Shown here: in pieces, positions 1 to 13,340 of the stretch | How the letters are laid out: each line of letters begins with the position of its first letter | Position numbering within the stretch: the first letter of the stretch is position 1 | DNA from: Octopus vulgaris | Lineage: Eukaryota | Direction of reading: 5' to 3' | Length of the DNA stretch: 64,000 nucleotides | NCBI GenBank assembly: GCA_951406725.2 | Contig: OX597820.1 | Location: forward strand, 62,248,001-62,312,000 | The notes under the pieces: model-generated | Databases searched by the model: none | Told to the model about the DNA's origin: nothing | The model's input: the letters and a program-made list of their open reading frames with translations, nothing else | Position numbers and translations under genes: made by a program

Positions 1-41
<41 letters not shown>

Positions 42-137
42 CACATGTTTGAAGGTGAACGCGTGTGTCTATATAAATATAAATAGGTTACATCTTGTAA
101 GACTTCCTTTTTCGGTTAACATGTTTTTTTGATGAGC

Positions 138-223
138 TTCTTCTGAAGAAATTGGTGCACTGTTGACCATTATTTATCCAGCCGGACATTTTGGAATGCA
201 CCCGTCGAAACGTATGTTGAGGA
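138..223 (+). ncRNA. Degenerate type I hammerhead ribozyme-like motif (long stem II)
   Basis: ttctt-CTGAAGA(143)...ggtgca/tgcacc stem...GAAAC-gtat-GTT-gagga. Stem I is weak and G-U rich. Lies between (TA)n and (CA)n tracts. Confidence 0.4.
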
Positions 224-402
224 CTTCATGATATAAATGGATTAAGAACATCTCGAGCGTTCGTCTGCTTCCTATATTTTAATACACACACATACACATA
301 CACACACATACGCAACACAAACGCACAGACACACTCGTACATACACACGTACGCTCACACATACATAGTGTTTTGTTGGTGCTGAAAATTGACACGAAAC
401 TT

Positions 403-3400
403 CATCATCATCATTGTTCGACCGTGGTCGAGACAATGGAATTTACTATGTTACACCAGACTTCACGGTCCATCATAGCATTACGGAGGTCCTGTTGCTG
501 GATGTCTGTATCCCTGGAGATTACATCAGGGTAGGAGAGTGTGCGCCCTCTGGTATCGCGAGCAGATGGCTTTCAGAGGAGTAGTGTAGAAATTACCTCG
601 TTTTCAGCTGTACAACAATGTCCAGCAAACTGGACTCTTCTACCTTTCACAAGAGATGATACAGGTGTTAATTTCCCATATTTGTACTTTGGTTGGATGA
701 CGATTCCACGAGAGATTTTGAGCTCTCATAAGGAGACGAGTGTAAGTTCCATCCAACCGCCTCTCAAGCTTCTTTGATAATGTCCAGGTTTCTGAGCTAT
801 ATTGTAGAATTGGTTCGAATGTGGCTTTGAAGATTTTAAGTTTGAAATCTCTACTTAGATTTGATGACGAGGTCATATGCATATCATTAAAGGCTGAGCA
901 TGCCATGCCCTTTCTAGTGAGAAAATCTTTTTCAGATGATGATATGTAAGACCTAAGATAGTTGTAATCAGAGACCATATTTATGAGCGTATTGTTGAGA
1001 GTATGGATGATAAAATCACTGTTGGACAGGCACTTGTTTACATATTCAGTCTTGGACTTATTGAGGTAAAGACCTACACAATTTGAGGCTTTTTCAAGAG
1101 ATTGTAAAAGAGACTAGGCATTGGAGAGAGAATCACTGATAAGAGCGATGTCGTCAGCAAAGTCATTGTCTGTTAAGTGTTCAGCTGGGTGTCTGGAATT
1201 TCTTCTAGGTTTTATTTCAAAGCCCTTACCAGAAATGGTATCAACTGACATACATAGCACATAGTCAACGACAATGATGAAGAGAAATGGGGCGAGTGTG
1301 TCTCCCTGCAGTATTCCGGCTTTTATTGAGAAAGATAATGTTTCTCCATCAGGGGTTAAGATGGTTAAAGACGTATCTGTGTACAGGACCTTGATGGCAG
1401 AGACGGTTTTGTCTGGAATCCCATAGAGCATAAGGATTTAAAAAATCTTGTACTTATCTACAGAGTCGAACGCTTTAGAAAAGTCTACAAACACCATTGC
1501 AAGATCACGATTAAATGCTTTTGATTCTTCAATGAGTCTGCGTAGGCATAGTATTTGGCTCAACGTTGAGCGCCCATGTCTGAATCCATTTTGGTTCTTT
1601 CGGAGCAAAGGTTCAACAAAAGGGACGAGACGATTCAAAATCAGTTTGTTGTACAATTTTGCAGCAATTCACATTAGAGATATACCCCTGTAGTTAGTGA
1701 CGAGGGATAAATCGTCTTTTGGGGTTATTGGGATGATTTGAGATTGGTGCCAAATCTTTGGAGCTATAAAAGTGGAAAGTGTGTGATTACAAAGATTGAG
1801 CAAAAGTACGTGAAATTTATCATCCTTCCAAATTATAGCTGGGATGATGTCGGGACCAAATGCTTTCGAGGCTTTCAGTTGTTTAGTGGCTGTTGTTAGT
1901 TCAAATATGGTAAAAGAGGAGGTGTTGACGTCCAGCGTATCTGATATAGGCACACTTGGAAGGGATTTTGGCATTCTTTCCAAGAAGATTTTTAAAATGA
2001 GTTGACCAATTTTCTAAACGCTTCTTAGCTGATCCCCCTTTGATTCTAATTGATGACCCAGAATATTTTCCCCATAGGTCTTTGATGGATTTCCAGGCAA
2101 GATCGTGTTTTTTACTAACGTGCTCTTTGGATAGTTTGCTAATTTTGCCGTTGATAAAGTCGACCTCGGCGTTCAAGTAAGAATCATGAAGATTCTTCTT
2201 GGCAGTTATGAGTTGGATCTTCAGTGACTGGGATGGAGAACGGTGGTAAGCTAGTGATCTAGACTTTAGATGGTTTCTGGCTTCGATGACATTTGGAGAA
2301 TTAGAAGATTTGCTCTGGCCCCTAATCTTCTTTTTGGGAAGAATAGCCAGTGCAACATCCCCTGTTGATTTAATGAGGCTACTGTAGATTTCTTCAATGT
2401 TCTCAGCATCTAATTCAGAAGTAGACAAAGACTAAAATTTGTTATAGACCTCAATAGAAAATTGCTTGGACATATCGGGGTCAGACGTGACTTCCTCCAG
2501 TCGATCGTTTTCATCGGATGAGGCTTAGCTTTTTTGGATGAGCGAAGACTAAGCTTAACGGTAGCTGATACAATTCTGTGGTCGGAGCCAACAGAACTAA
2601 AGGAAGAGTAGGATCTCGAGTCTTTGACACTATTGCGCCACTTCTTTCGAAAAATGAGGTGGTCAATTTGTGCCCTCTCACCAGATGGATACTCGAATGT
2701 CAAAAGTTGTCCTTTTGTTGGAGGTGTACAGATTAAATTCCTCTAAAACGTCTTTGAGCATTTCCCCGTTCCGATTAGTTTTAGAGTTGAAAGTAAACTT
2801 GGTCTCATCGGGTCCTAGTTTAGCATTCCGATCACCAGCTATAACTAGAAAATTATGGAGAGGTACTTGCTCAATGGTTGAACGAAGAGTTGTATAAAAA
2901 TCCTCAATCTCGTCTGCCACAAACAAATTATGTGGGCTATACACACATACCTGAAGACACTAAGCACCTGCAATGTGAGCTGGACAAAATATACAAGTGA
3001 GCTGAAAAGAATAGCATGCAGTTCAATGCTGTAAAGTTTTAAGCTTTATGCTATCAGCATGCAAAACTAAATGCAATACCCAATAAATACACTGGACCTG
3101 GAGGGATTGCAATCCCAGAGGCACAATCAGTGCGAGACCTGGGTATTTACATGAGTGATGATGCAACCTTTCATGCGCATGTTGTTAAATTGGCAATGAA
3201 ATGTAGGCGGATGACCGGATGGATTCTTAGAACCTTTAGAACAAGAGACCAGGAAACCATGATGGTCCTCTGGAGGACACTTGTCCTAAGCCACTTTGAC
3301 TATTGCTCTCAGCTATGGTCACCATCCAGTGTCAAGTTAATCACAGAACTTGAGGCGATCCAACGAAGCTACATAAAGAAGATAGCCTCTGTGCAGCATA

Positions 3401-4763
3401 TAAGCTATTGGAAAAGCCTCAAGAGATTGAGACTCTATTCTTTAGAGCGTAGGCGAGAAAGATATGCCATAATATACATCTGGAAGATCCTAGAAGGACT
3501 TGTCCCAATCTTTGGCATCGAGAGTTACACAAATGCCAGAACTGGGCGCCACTGCACAGTGCCAAGGACTCCAAATTTGCCATCAAGTTGTAGGACAAGA
3601 TACTGTGATAGCCTGGGCTTCCGAGGCCCACATCTCTTCAATATCGTCCCGAAGAACCTAAGAGACCTGCATGGGGTGGATGCAGATATCTTTAAAATAA
3701 AACTGGATCTCTTCTTGTCAGGTGTCCCAGATGAACCAACTTCCCGGCAGGAGGTGCAGATGAGGGCAGCTGCATCGAACTCTCTCATGCACCAAATGGC
3801 AATTGCTAAAAAGCATTCTCGAAGTAAAATCATGTAGCAACATAAATGGCGGTGCCCCAGCATGGCCACAGCTTGTGAGCTGAAACTAGATAAAAATACC
3901 AATGTTGTTTTCGAATTTCCATCTATCTCAAGCACCATCATTCTGGGCGAGATTGACTCTATACTCAAGAGAGTATCGCTAGCTCTTGATGAAAGTAGAA
4001 AGCCGATACCTACAACTGTTGAATTAACAGTATTCTTTGATGCTGAGGAAGTTACAAATTGATAAGATCCGACTTGATGGTAGTTGAGGATATCATCAGG
4101 GTGGTAGAATCGGTGTTCTTGGACAGCTATTATATCAATGCTGTGTGATTCTGCATTTGCACCAAGTTCTTCTAAACAGCCGAGAGGACCGAGGGTGCGA
4201 GCATTAAAAGTGCTGAATATCGTATGATTTTTACAGCTGATGAGATGTTTGTTTGGTGTTGTTTGGTTGGGAGCTGACTCTTCTCCATCAGGTGATACCT
4301 GTCTGTTAAGATTGAGGGTATCACCGTCATTGGATGCCCTTGGAGGTGCAACGTGATCAGAGACAGGACCCGGTAAAGCAGGGGTTGGACCTACATCCAC
4401 AGGTATACCATTAAGTCTGGTTCCCTGGGGAAGAGGAATCCTGGTGTAGTTAATTGCAAATTCCATAGTCTTTTAAAATGGCTAATAATGTGTGCGCGCG
4501 CCGCTACTACACACATTGGAAAGCATTGTACAACCAAGCACTCAAGAAGATCTTTCCTCCTCCGTGCAGCAAAGCTGTTCCCGCTTCCGTCAACCCAGTA
4601 TTTCTAAGCTACGGACCGAGTGATTTGTTGTAAGGTTATCTCCCTATACAGATTGCCTTCACTTCGGCTAAGGAGCATTTTCTACCCCACTTACACAGGT
4701 TGTACTGGTTTATAGTTTACCAGTAGTAGTATCCGATGCTGCGTACATCAGACCTGATCTGTC
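403..4763 (-). mobile_element. Full-length RTE-clade non-LTR retrotransposon (APE endonuclease + RT), frameshifted
   Basis: ORF fragments: STFNARTL/IAVQEHR, VYSPH, GDRNAK, QIDHL, GSDHRIV (APE); NYRGISL, QNGFRHGRST, FVDFSKAFDSV, GILQGDTLAPFLF, FADDIAL (RT). (ATG)n tail at 403-414. TSD ACACGAAACTT at 392-402 and 4764-4774. Confidence 0.93.
2952..3895 (+). mobile_element. 5'-truncated CR1-group LINE nested in the RTE element
   Basis: ORF 3130-3837 (RDLGI, DYCSQLWSP, LYSLERRRERY) is a CR1-type RT C-terminus. It splits the RTE peptide KTTLV|CVYSPH. ATACC is duplicated at 2947-2951 and 3896-3900. Confidence 0.88.
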
Positions 4764-5535
4764 ACACGAAACTTACTCTGAGTTTCACTTTACTTGTCAT
4801 CAGACAGAAATGTTTTGCCGAACAAAATTGTTTACAATGATTTTAAATTGCCCAGTGAGGATTAATTAGTGGATATTCAAATATATTTAAAGGTGATTTG
4901 ACTAGGAAGTGTGACACTTGGAAATTAACAAATTCTCGTTGATTATGCGAATGACTGTTGATTAATAATGGAAACCTGTATAACGAATAAATAAAATTAG
5001 AATAAAAGTGCTATGCATTGGTGTAGGGGAAATAGCTTTATTTTCTATTAATGAAAAATTATAGGCACGGACTATTGTAGTATATAAAAAACAGACGGAT
5101 CAAATCGACAATAGAAATTATAATAATAGATGTTGAAAATATAGTAAAAAGAAATTAGGTAAACAGGTTCTACAAAGAATTATAGAAATTTAATGTAAGA
5201 AAAGGGAGCCAACAAGGTTTTGCATAAGAAAGGGCGATGAGAGAAAAGCGAGAGCGGTAAAAATTGCTGGAATGATATCGATAAAATGTGAAAGAAGTGA
5301 GACAGATCTGTTAAAAGAGGTATAACACTTTGATACACTACATAATAAACATTAATCATTAACATTAGTTTGAATAAAATGTAGACAGAGATGCATAAAC
5401 ACAGGAGAGATTATGCAAGGGTGTCGAAAGCGCATTTCAGATAGAAAAAAAACCTAGAGACAAAGGAATACTGATTAAAAAAAAAATGAACAGGCAAAAT
5501 GTGATTTATAAAACCTGAGAGAACATAAAAAAATA

Positions 5536-6799
5536 TCAGGCTATAACGAAAGTTCTGTCTGATTTAAAGGTTCAATAAAAGAATAAAAAAAAATATCTGA
5601 TTTATTTAATCGTTAATATAGTCACCGTTCTTCTCTATGATTTCTTTTTATCTGTCTGTACTTTTTAATGCCACATTCATAAAATTCCTTATGTTTAGAA
5701 GTGAGAAAGGCAATTAACTCATTTTCGTTTTCTATTATATGAGTTATTCTTAATCCACTCAAATGATTTTGTAAACTTCAAAAGAGATGATTATGTGTAG
5801 GTGCGAGGAACGGAGAATATTCTGATTGATGCGAAATGCCTCAGGCATATTTTTCTTGGAGATTTTGGTCTTTTGTGCAGTGTGAGATCAAGCGTTATCA
5901 TGATGAAGGATAACTCCGTTTCTTTTTGTTAAGGATGGACGTGTTTGTTACAAAGATACTTTCAAACGTGCTGACAACATACATCGTTTGTTATTGTTTG
6001 ATTATCGTCTAGCAGTTCCTGAAGAATTATTCTACATACATCCTACCATACACTTAGAAGAAACTTCATTGAATGCAGGCCATTTCTGGGCTGCTGAACT
6101 GGCTCGTCATCATGACTGGACTTCTGACGCCTTCGTTTAATATTATGGTAAAGTATCTATTTTTTGTATCTCTAGCAATGACTTTATTCAAAATAAGAAT
6201 TTACAGCTCACAAGATCGCAATGTTTTACAGAAGTCGATACTGCGTCTGCGATTGTCTGCAGAGAGATCATGCGGGGTCCATTTTCCAGCATTTGAAACT
6301 TAACCAAGTATTTTTAATTGACGATGAATGATGAACGGTGGTATGGCTCACATTAAAACCCATACTTAGTTTACGAACTGTTACAGTCGGGTATGCTTCA
6401 ACAATGGCTTTCAATGCATCAGGATCCAACCTTCTTGGGGTCCTTTTCTTGATTCCGATTGTAGTCCCCGTTTTTGAACCGTGAAAACCATCTTCTGCAT
6501 GGTCGATCACCCACCACGCCATCACCATATGTGTTTTGGTGGTGATTTTGCTGCTAAACGTGTACTATTTCCTTTTTGAAATTCATAAAAAATAACATAA
6601 TGAATATATTCTTTGCTTGGAGTAAACTTCAATTATGATAAAATCGTCAAAATCTAGAAGAAATTTAGAAAAAAATTTTATTATTGATTTCGTCGTATTT
6701 CAAATTGAACTCAGAAGTTAAACACCTTTAGATCTAACTAGATATTTACTATAAAAAAAAACAACAAAAAAAGCGGACGAAACTTTCGATAAAACCTGA
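5536..6799 (-). mobile_element. Old mariner (Tc1/mariner) DNA transposon
   Basis: Imperfect TIRs tcaggctataacgaaagttctgtc / gacgaaactttcgataaaacctga, about 1.26 kb apart. Remnant peptides DALKAIVEAYPTVTVRKL, GKWTPHDL (WVPH-like) and C-terminal IIEKNGDYIND*. Confidence 0.8.
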
Positions 6800-7279
6800 T
6801 TGATTCTCAGATTTCAAAGATTTCAACGCGGGGTAAATAATTTTAGAATTAAAAAAAAAACGTGAGTGAAAAAAAGAGTTTTTACTATAAAATATGATCA
6901 TCGAAAAGCCATGAAAAAGTTATAAAAATTGTTAAGATTCAATCGTATAGCAATGAAATGCAACCGTCAAAAGGAATAAAAAAATTGACGAGAATACAAG
7001 TGCATTCAATAATTTTCTTTCTTAGCTTGGCTTCGCCAGCGGAAATTTACTGAGAAGGATGTCGTCGGTAGTTGCAGAGTTGCTGATGTGAAACGAGTCC
7101 GATTTGGGACAAAGAGGAATGATCACAGGAAACTAGGCTAATCAAGGTTGGTCGTAGTGTCTGTGTTTTTCTTCCTGTTACTCTTGTCTGCAAGGACGGT
7201 CCTACAGGTGTCTTCGAAGGAGGCCGGGTGGACAGTGAGATGCCACGTTCGTTGTCAGTTTGAAGAACAGGTTGTGATC

Positions 7280-7760
7280 AATGTCGCAGGTACTGAGAGA
7301 TTTCTTTATGGTGTCTGTATACTAATATATTCCATATACTAATAACAGTAACAATTTGCGGTACAGAAACGGTGATTCCTGCCACCCGTTCGGTGAAACA
7401 AGCTTCGAATTCAAAACTTTTAGAAGGCCGAAATTTTCGGTTTAAACCAGAATTCAGAGATAACTCCATACCTGTATAGTCTTGCGTTATCTAAACTTGA
7501 CTAAATTCTTTCAATACTCAAACGTATTTTGTCAGGCTCGTTGAGGACATCATTTTTGGATGTTCAAATGAATTTTGTGCAGGTAACATCCCACCTAGAA
7601 TTTGAATTCTACTGTCCCTGTATGCAATTTTCATGGAAGCCTGTTATTAGTATTGACTTTAATTCTATAACCTACACTTTTGGTCAAAAAGTTGCGATTA
7701 AGCAGACAGCTACTGAGGTCTGTATTGTTAAGTCTTGTTTTCGTTCAACTTACAAGTAGA
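7280..7760 (+). pseudogene. Possible highly degenerate Penelope-like RT remnant
   Basis: Ordered weak motifs LYTNI, SFLDVQM and WKPV..DFNS resemble SLYTNIP / PFLDV / YRKPT..NFNS. Confidence 0.3.
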
Positions 7761-8007
7761 AATTGAAACAGCTAAACAGTTAACAATATCCACTAAACCT
7801 TCCGGTCAAGAATCTTCATATTCAGTTAGATAAACAATATCAGAAAAATATGACTAAGAAAACGGAGAAAATTATGTGCAGAAAGAGACGGCGTGTATAA
7901 TTCATTGACTCGTTGTAGAGTGGTGGTACGGGCAATATATATAGGTAAAAATCAAGGAAAAGCCCCAACCTTTAAGAATCTAGAATCTTTTGAAAGAGTC
8001 CATGTGA

Positions 8008-8081
<74 letters not shown>

Positions 8082-8449
8082 ATGTGTCTGTGTTTTATCA
8101 ACAGTGATCTCGATATTATAACACTACGCCATTAACGATTTCATTTGAGATTTATGAAAGCTTAGTAATGTTTAATGCTGAAATTTTTGAGATGTCGGCT
8201 TTAAAAATTGCAGCGAGGCTTCAGATGCGCAGCTATCGCAAGGGATGTAGTTGCTAGCTGCTTGGCTTTAAGATTGTGATATGCAGTAACGTTTTCATAA
8301 GCACAATGACTGTCATATTTTTCATTTTGCCATGTGCTTCTGAAGAAGACAAGATTGATAGGACCGTTACTGGAAAATGTTTTTAAGGCCTTATTTCAAA
8401 AACTTAATACAGATTCAACGAGAGATTGCATGTGAATACGCTTTGGTTG

Positions 8450-8950
8450 TAAAAGCTACGAAGAAATGAAGGTTGATTGTGTCTGTGTTAGAGTAAGCTG
8501 TGTTGCACGCGTGATTGATGTTAACTCCGTTTATGATTTAAAAAGAAAATAGTACAAGACGAATCAAAATGTAGTATTGAAACAGTGGGACTGAACAAGC
8601 ACAATGTAATTACTATATTGTAATCTGCAAGAAGCTACTGCGTATACAAGAAATGAGGAAAAGGTACCCTTAAGCGGGCATATGCTGTCAAGTGCGCTGC
8701 GGTATCGAGGGCAACAACAGTAATTTCACCAAACTTCTTAGGGACGAGAGTAGGTTACAAGTATATCTAGATTTGTAAAATTTGATGCTGTGATTATTAA
8801 GGAGCAAGTAGTATTCAAGATTTTGGAGAAGGTTGTTGATAATGACTTTGTTAATGTTAATTATCACCACCTTTGAGGTTTTAGAAGAAAGTACGAAAGT
8901 AACCTTGATTCTTGGAGAGAGTATCAGACTGCTTCTCGTTAATGTTGTTG
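8450..8950 (-). pseudogene. Degenerate Jockey/CR1-group LINE RT remnant
   Basis: LQNLEYYLLLNNHSIKFYKSRYTCNLLS then FGEITVVALD resemble the QYGFR..RST..LL and ALDISKAFD RT motifs. Confidence 0.45.
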
Positions 8951-9679
8951 TTATAACTTTCGATTAACTGTAGGTGTATGGTTTTGCTTCAAAAATTGTA
9001 TGAATATTATTATTTCTTGCTCTTTGTTTTTTGTTAAGATATTTTCGTTCAGTCATATATTTTTAAGCAATCACTAATGCGATTGTGATGTCGTTGTTTT
9101 AGTTGTGGGTAGCAATAATATTTGCTACTGTTCTTATTATTATTCTTAGTTGTTTATTGCCGTTTTTGTAAGTTTTTAAAATTTTTTATTATTATTCATT
9201 ATTGTTGTTTTATTTTTATTGCTCCAGTTCCGGCTTTATTTCTGTTGTTGTTATTGTTGCACATCTATTTTTCTTCTGTGGTTATTTTTTTCCCCATCTG
9301 TTTGTACTGAAAGGTATATAGAGACAAGAAAGAAAAATAAGAAGAAAAAAAACAAAACAAAAAGAAAGCACAAAAAAAAACAAAAAAAAAAGAAACTAAA
9401 ACGGGTGTCACATGGTTGGTGTAAACAATGCAATGTCTAAAGCCACTTTGATCTTATTCTCTTCCAATATTGATCTTTGCCGAGTTTCTCGGTTGAAAAT
9501 AACAAAGTGATTTATCCCTATTGTTGCTGGTAACAAGGTTACTATGCCTTGAAACGAAGGTTCGTATCGAACCGCTGCAAGTGTCGCCGCTATCATATCA
9601 ATCAAACGATCTCTACTTTGTATGATTTTCTTCACAGAACATACGACATCGCCCGGTCTTATCTGTTCATATGTCATAT

Positions 9680-10316
9680 ATGAGTGTGTGTGTATACCTA
9701 TGTATATACATTTTTATATATAAATGTATACACATATGTAAATATATTTATGTGTGTATGTGTGAGTATTTGCTTATGTGCTCATCTCACTGTATTTAGC
9801 ATCCTTTCTGTATCATTGGGTTGGTATGTAACAGCTTTCATCAACCCGTATGTATGAATATATATATATATATGTATATATATATTTGTCCAGCTATCTA
9901 CTTAATTTATTTTATTTATCTATTTGCCCAGGTATGTGTCCGTTATTCTAACCTTTTCTCTATCTGTCTCCCCCTCTCTCTCACTCTCTCTCTATATATA
10001 TGTACACATACATACATATATAAATATATATACATGTATAAACACACACACACACATACATTCTTATACCTTTATCTATTCGTCTAATGGTGTATATAGA
10101 TAGAGAAGTATATTTCTAAATATATTGTACAAAGACACTTTAACACGCATACACACATATCACACTTATACACATACATATACAACACTCATTCGCTCAC
10201 ACATACACACATATAAATATACATATAAATATATATATTTATCTACTCATCTGTATACGCATCGAGCGACAAATCGATCCGTATTTATATATTTATCATT
10301 CAATTAATTGATTGCC

Positions 10317-10349
<33 letters not shown>

Positions 10350-10379
10350 ATGTATTATATATATACATACATATATATA

Positions 10380-10412
<33 letters not shown>

Positions 10413-10494
10413 ATATATATATACATACATATCTATCTATGTATCTATATATATTATATATATGTATATATATATATATATATGTATGTTAGTA

Positions 10495-10548
<54 letters not shown>

Positions 10549-10754
10549 CAGAGAGAGAGATATGTAGATATACTTCAACCTAAATATCCGATTGTCTGTC
10601 TGCTTGACTCCTAGTTTACCTCTATCTGTTTTGTAATCTGTTTTGTAATATGTCCATCAATCTCTTTGTCTATCGATTTGTTTCACTATCGATCGCTGAG
10701 TTACTCTGTATGTCGTTCTACAAATACACACACGCACACGCACTCATACACACA

Positions 10755-10791
<37 letters not shown>

Positions 10792-10860
10792 ACATATATC
10801 CAGCAATCTTTATAAGAGTGTATCTGTGTGTGTGTTTGTGTGTGCATGTGTATGCGTATA
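9680..10860. repeat. Compound TA/CA/GA/TATG microsatellite block
   Basis: Directly visible simple repeats. Confidence 0.9.
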
Positions 10861-11725
10861 GTGAAACGTATCTCATTCGGAAAATAATTCCCTTTAAAAT
10901 TCATGATCTACTGTATTATACCTCCTCGCTATTCTAATGATTTAAATCCCAGAAGGCACTTACCAATCACGTCATAAGGATTATCAAAAGAAAAATATAG
11001 GTATCTTGTAATGCAGGACCCTGCTGGAAACATTACTTATCCTGCAATACATAAAATATTTTGACTAAATGAGGAGGTTTCTAATTTTTTCACTATTTTT
11101 GCCCTTAATAGTACTAAAATCTGCTGCAAACGAGAGCGTTTTAAGGAATGATCATTACTTTGTTTTTTGACCATCCTTCCTTCTGTTTTGAAGACATTAA
11201 GGTCTCAGTTCCTTAGCAAGAGCATTGGTGACAGAAGACAAACTGATGCAGAAACCCTGAGGTTATGATTGTGGTTCCTTGTACATCTTCCGTGCACCTT
11301 CATGGTAGACGAGACTCTGGATGATGCAAAGTTTCAATGTTACAGACGTGCATGATGCTGCGACTAAGGAACCGAAAACTTCGTGGGTCTATTTGTGTTT
11401 GCAAAAATCTCGAGACTTGACTTCGGTTGTAGTGAGAAACGGCTACGCCAGACGACCAATCTTATTCACACATTAATAACTTTCTTGATTAGTACTCCCA
11501 CTTCTGAAGCCTCTGCTCACACAGCAACATTACCAAATATCCCCTTTCTGCTACTTTGGCTAATATAGTCATAAACGCATACCTTGAAATAAGCAGGGAT
11601 GGTAATGGCTTGACAACATTCAAATATAAGTCAGTTTTATCTAGGTTGATAAAATGATACGCAATAACTGCAATCAACCGATGGAAAATCTATGAGCTCT
11701 CTCAATCTAGAATAAACAATTGTAT

Positions 11726-11869
11726 GTGTGGCTGTGTCAACCACATGGTTCCGGATTCAATCCCACTGCGTGGTACCTTGGGCAAGTGTCTTCTACTATA
11801 GCCTCGGGCCGACCAAATCCTTGTGAGTGGATTTGGTAGACGGAAACTTAAAGAAGCACGTCATATATA

Positions 11870-11949
<80 letters not shown>

Positions 11950-12146
11950 TCCTCCCAACGTCGCTTGACTACCGATGCTGGTGTGTTTACGTCCCCGTAA
12001 CCAGCAAAAGAGACCGATAATAGAATAAGTACTTGGCTTACAAAGAATAAGTCCTGGGGTATATTCGCTCGACTAATGGCGGTGCTCCAGCATGCCCGCA
12101 GTCAAATGGTTGAAACAGGTAAAAGAGTAAAAAGAGTAAAGAGAGT
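11726..12146 (+). mobile_element. tRNA-derived SINE family A (internal microsatellite, CR1-like tail)
   Basis: B-box-like ggattcaatccc, ccttgggcaagtgtctt core, internal (TA)n(TG)n, tail ggcggtgctccagcatg...(taaaagag)n. Many copies in the window. Confidence 0.85.
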
Positions 12147-12369
12147 AATTAAATCTGTCTGAACCATCTCAAATTAGAAAAGATGAACACAATCGACACT
12201 GTGATAATGGTCACAGGATGATCAGGCTTTGATTACTTTTGATTACAGACAAGTTCTGAGAGAAATGACCTGGTGCTAAACAATAATTATACCTATTGTT
12301 TGAATACTTCTCTAAATACCCCTGAGGATCTAGAATTGTTTTCCAGATCTGCATCTTCGTCAATTCACA

Positions 12370-12771
12370 TTGCCCACAAGGGGCTAAACATAGAGGGGAC
12401 AAACAAGGACAGACAAAGGGATTAAGTCGATTACATCGACCCCAGTGCGTAGCTGGCACTCAATTTATCGACCCCCAAAAGGTTGAAAGGAAAAGTCGAC
12501 CTCGGCGGAATTTGAACTCAGAACGTGAGGATAGACGAAATACCTATTTCTTTACTACCCACAAGGGGCTAAACATAGAGGGGACAAACAAGGACAGACG
12601 GACGGATTAAGTCGATTATATCGACCCCAGTGCGTAACTGGTACTTGTTTTATCGACCCCGAAAGGATGAAAGGCAAAGTCGACCTCGACGGAATTTGAA
12701 CTCAGAACGTAACAGCAGACGAGATACCGCTGAGCATCTCGCCCGGCGTGCTAAGGATTCAGCCAGCTCGC
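12370..12771 (-). mobile_element. tRNA-derived SINE family B, composite dimer
   Basis: Head gcgagctggc, B-box gagttcaaattcc, body repeated twice joined by the tail gccccttgtgggtagtaaagaaata. Confidence 0.85.
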
Positions 12772-13059
12772 TGTCTATTCAGAAATGCTTCTGTAGAATC
12801 GCTGCACTAGCAAATACCATGTCTATCACTATTGGGCATTGCTTGTTTTTTATTATTTCTTCAATAGAGAAATAAAGATAACATCCTTTTACTGACTTCA
12901 GTGTTAGTTGAAAGATATTTATACTCAAACTCGAGTTTTGGTCTGAATTCTCGTAATAAATTGTCAAAGCTTCCCTGATCTAGGTTATGGTTTTATAACG
13001 AGCAAAGGATTAGATCTAATACCTATGTATGTCATAAATTACTGTTGCATCAGTAACGG

Positions 13060-13340
13060 AACTTAGTATTCAGTTGTTCGATCACGTGGACATGTTCATT
13101 AAATTAACTTGTGGGAAGCTGAATATTCATAGACAGGTGTACTCGTGATATAATTGTTTGTTAGCTTCAATAATACAAAGTGTGACGAGACTGAACTTTA
13201 AAATTACTTGTACAATTCATCTAACGATCTTTGAATAGATCCAAAGTCATCGTAAAAAGTCGCTTACCAAAATTGTCACGGTGTGCGATTGAACACGGAA
13301 CCTTACAATCGAAAAGTAAAATTCTCAGTCATTCGACTAT
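13060..13340 (-). mobile_element. Degenerate SINE-like repeat (family D)
   Basis: Similar to 42097-42202 (aagtggctgagcattccacagacacg...gtgtgacaagac) and to the reverse-oriented 13720-13960. B-box-like element near 13290. Confidence 0.35.

Noticed and set aside
11383-11568. Possible I/Nimb-type LINE remnant (SRLDFGC...STPT)
   Set aside because: Too short and degenerate to support.
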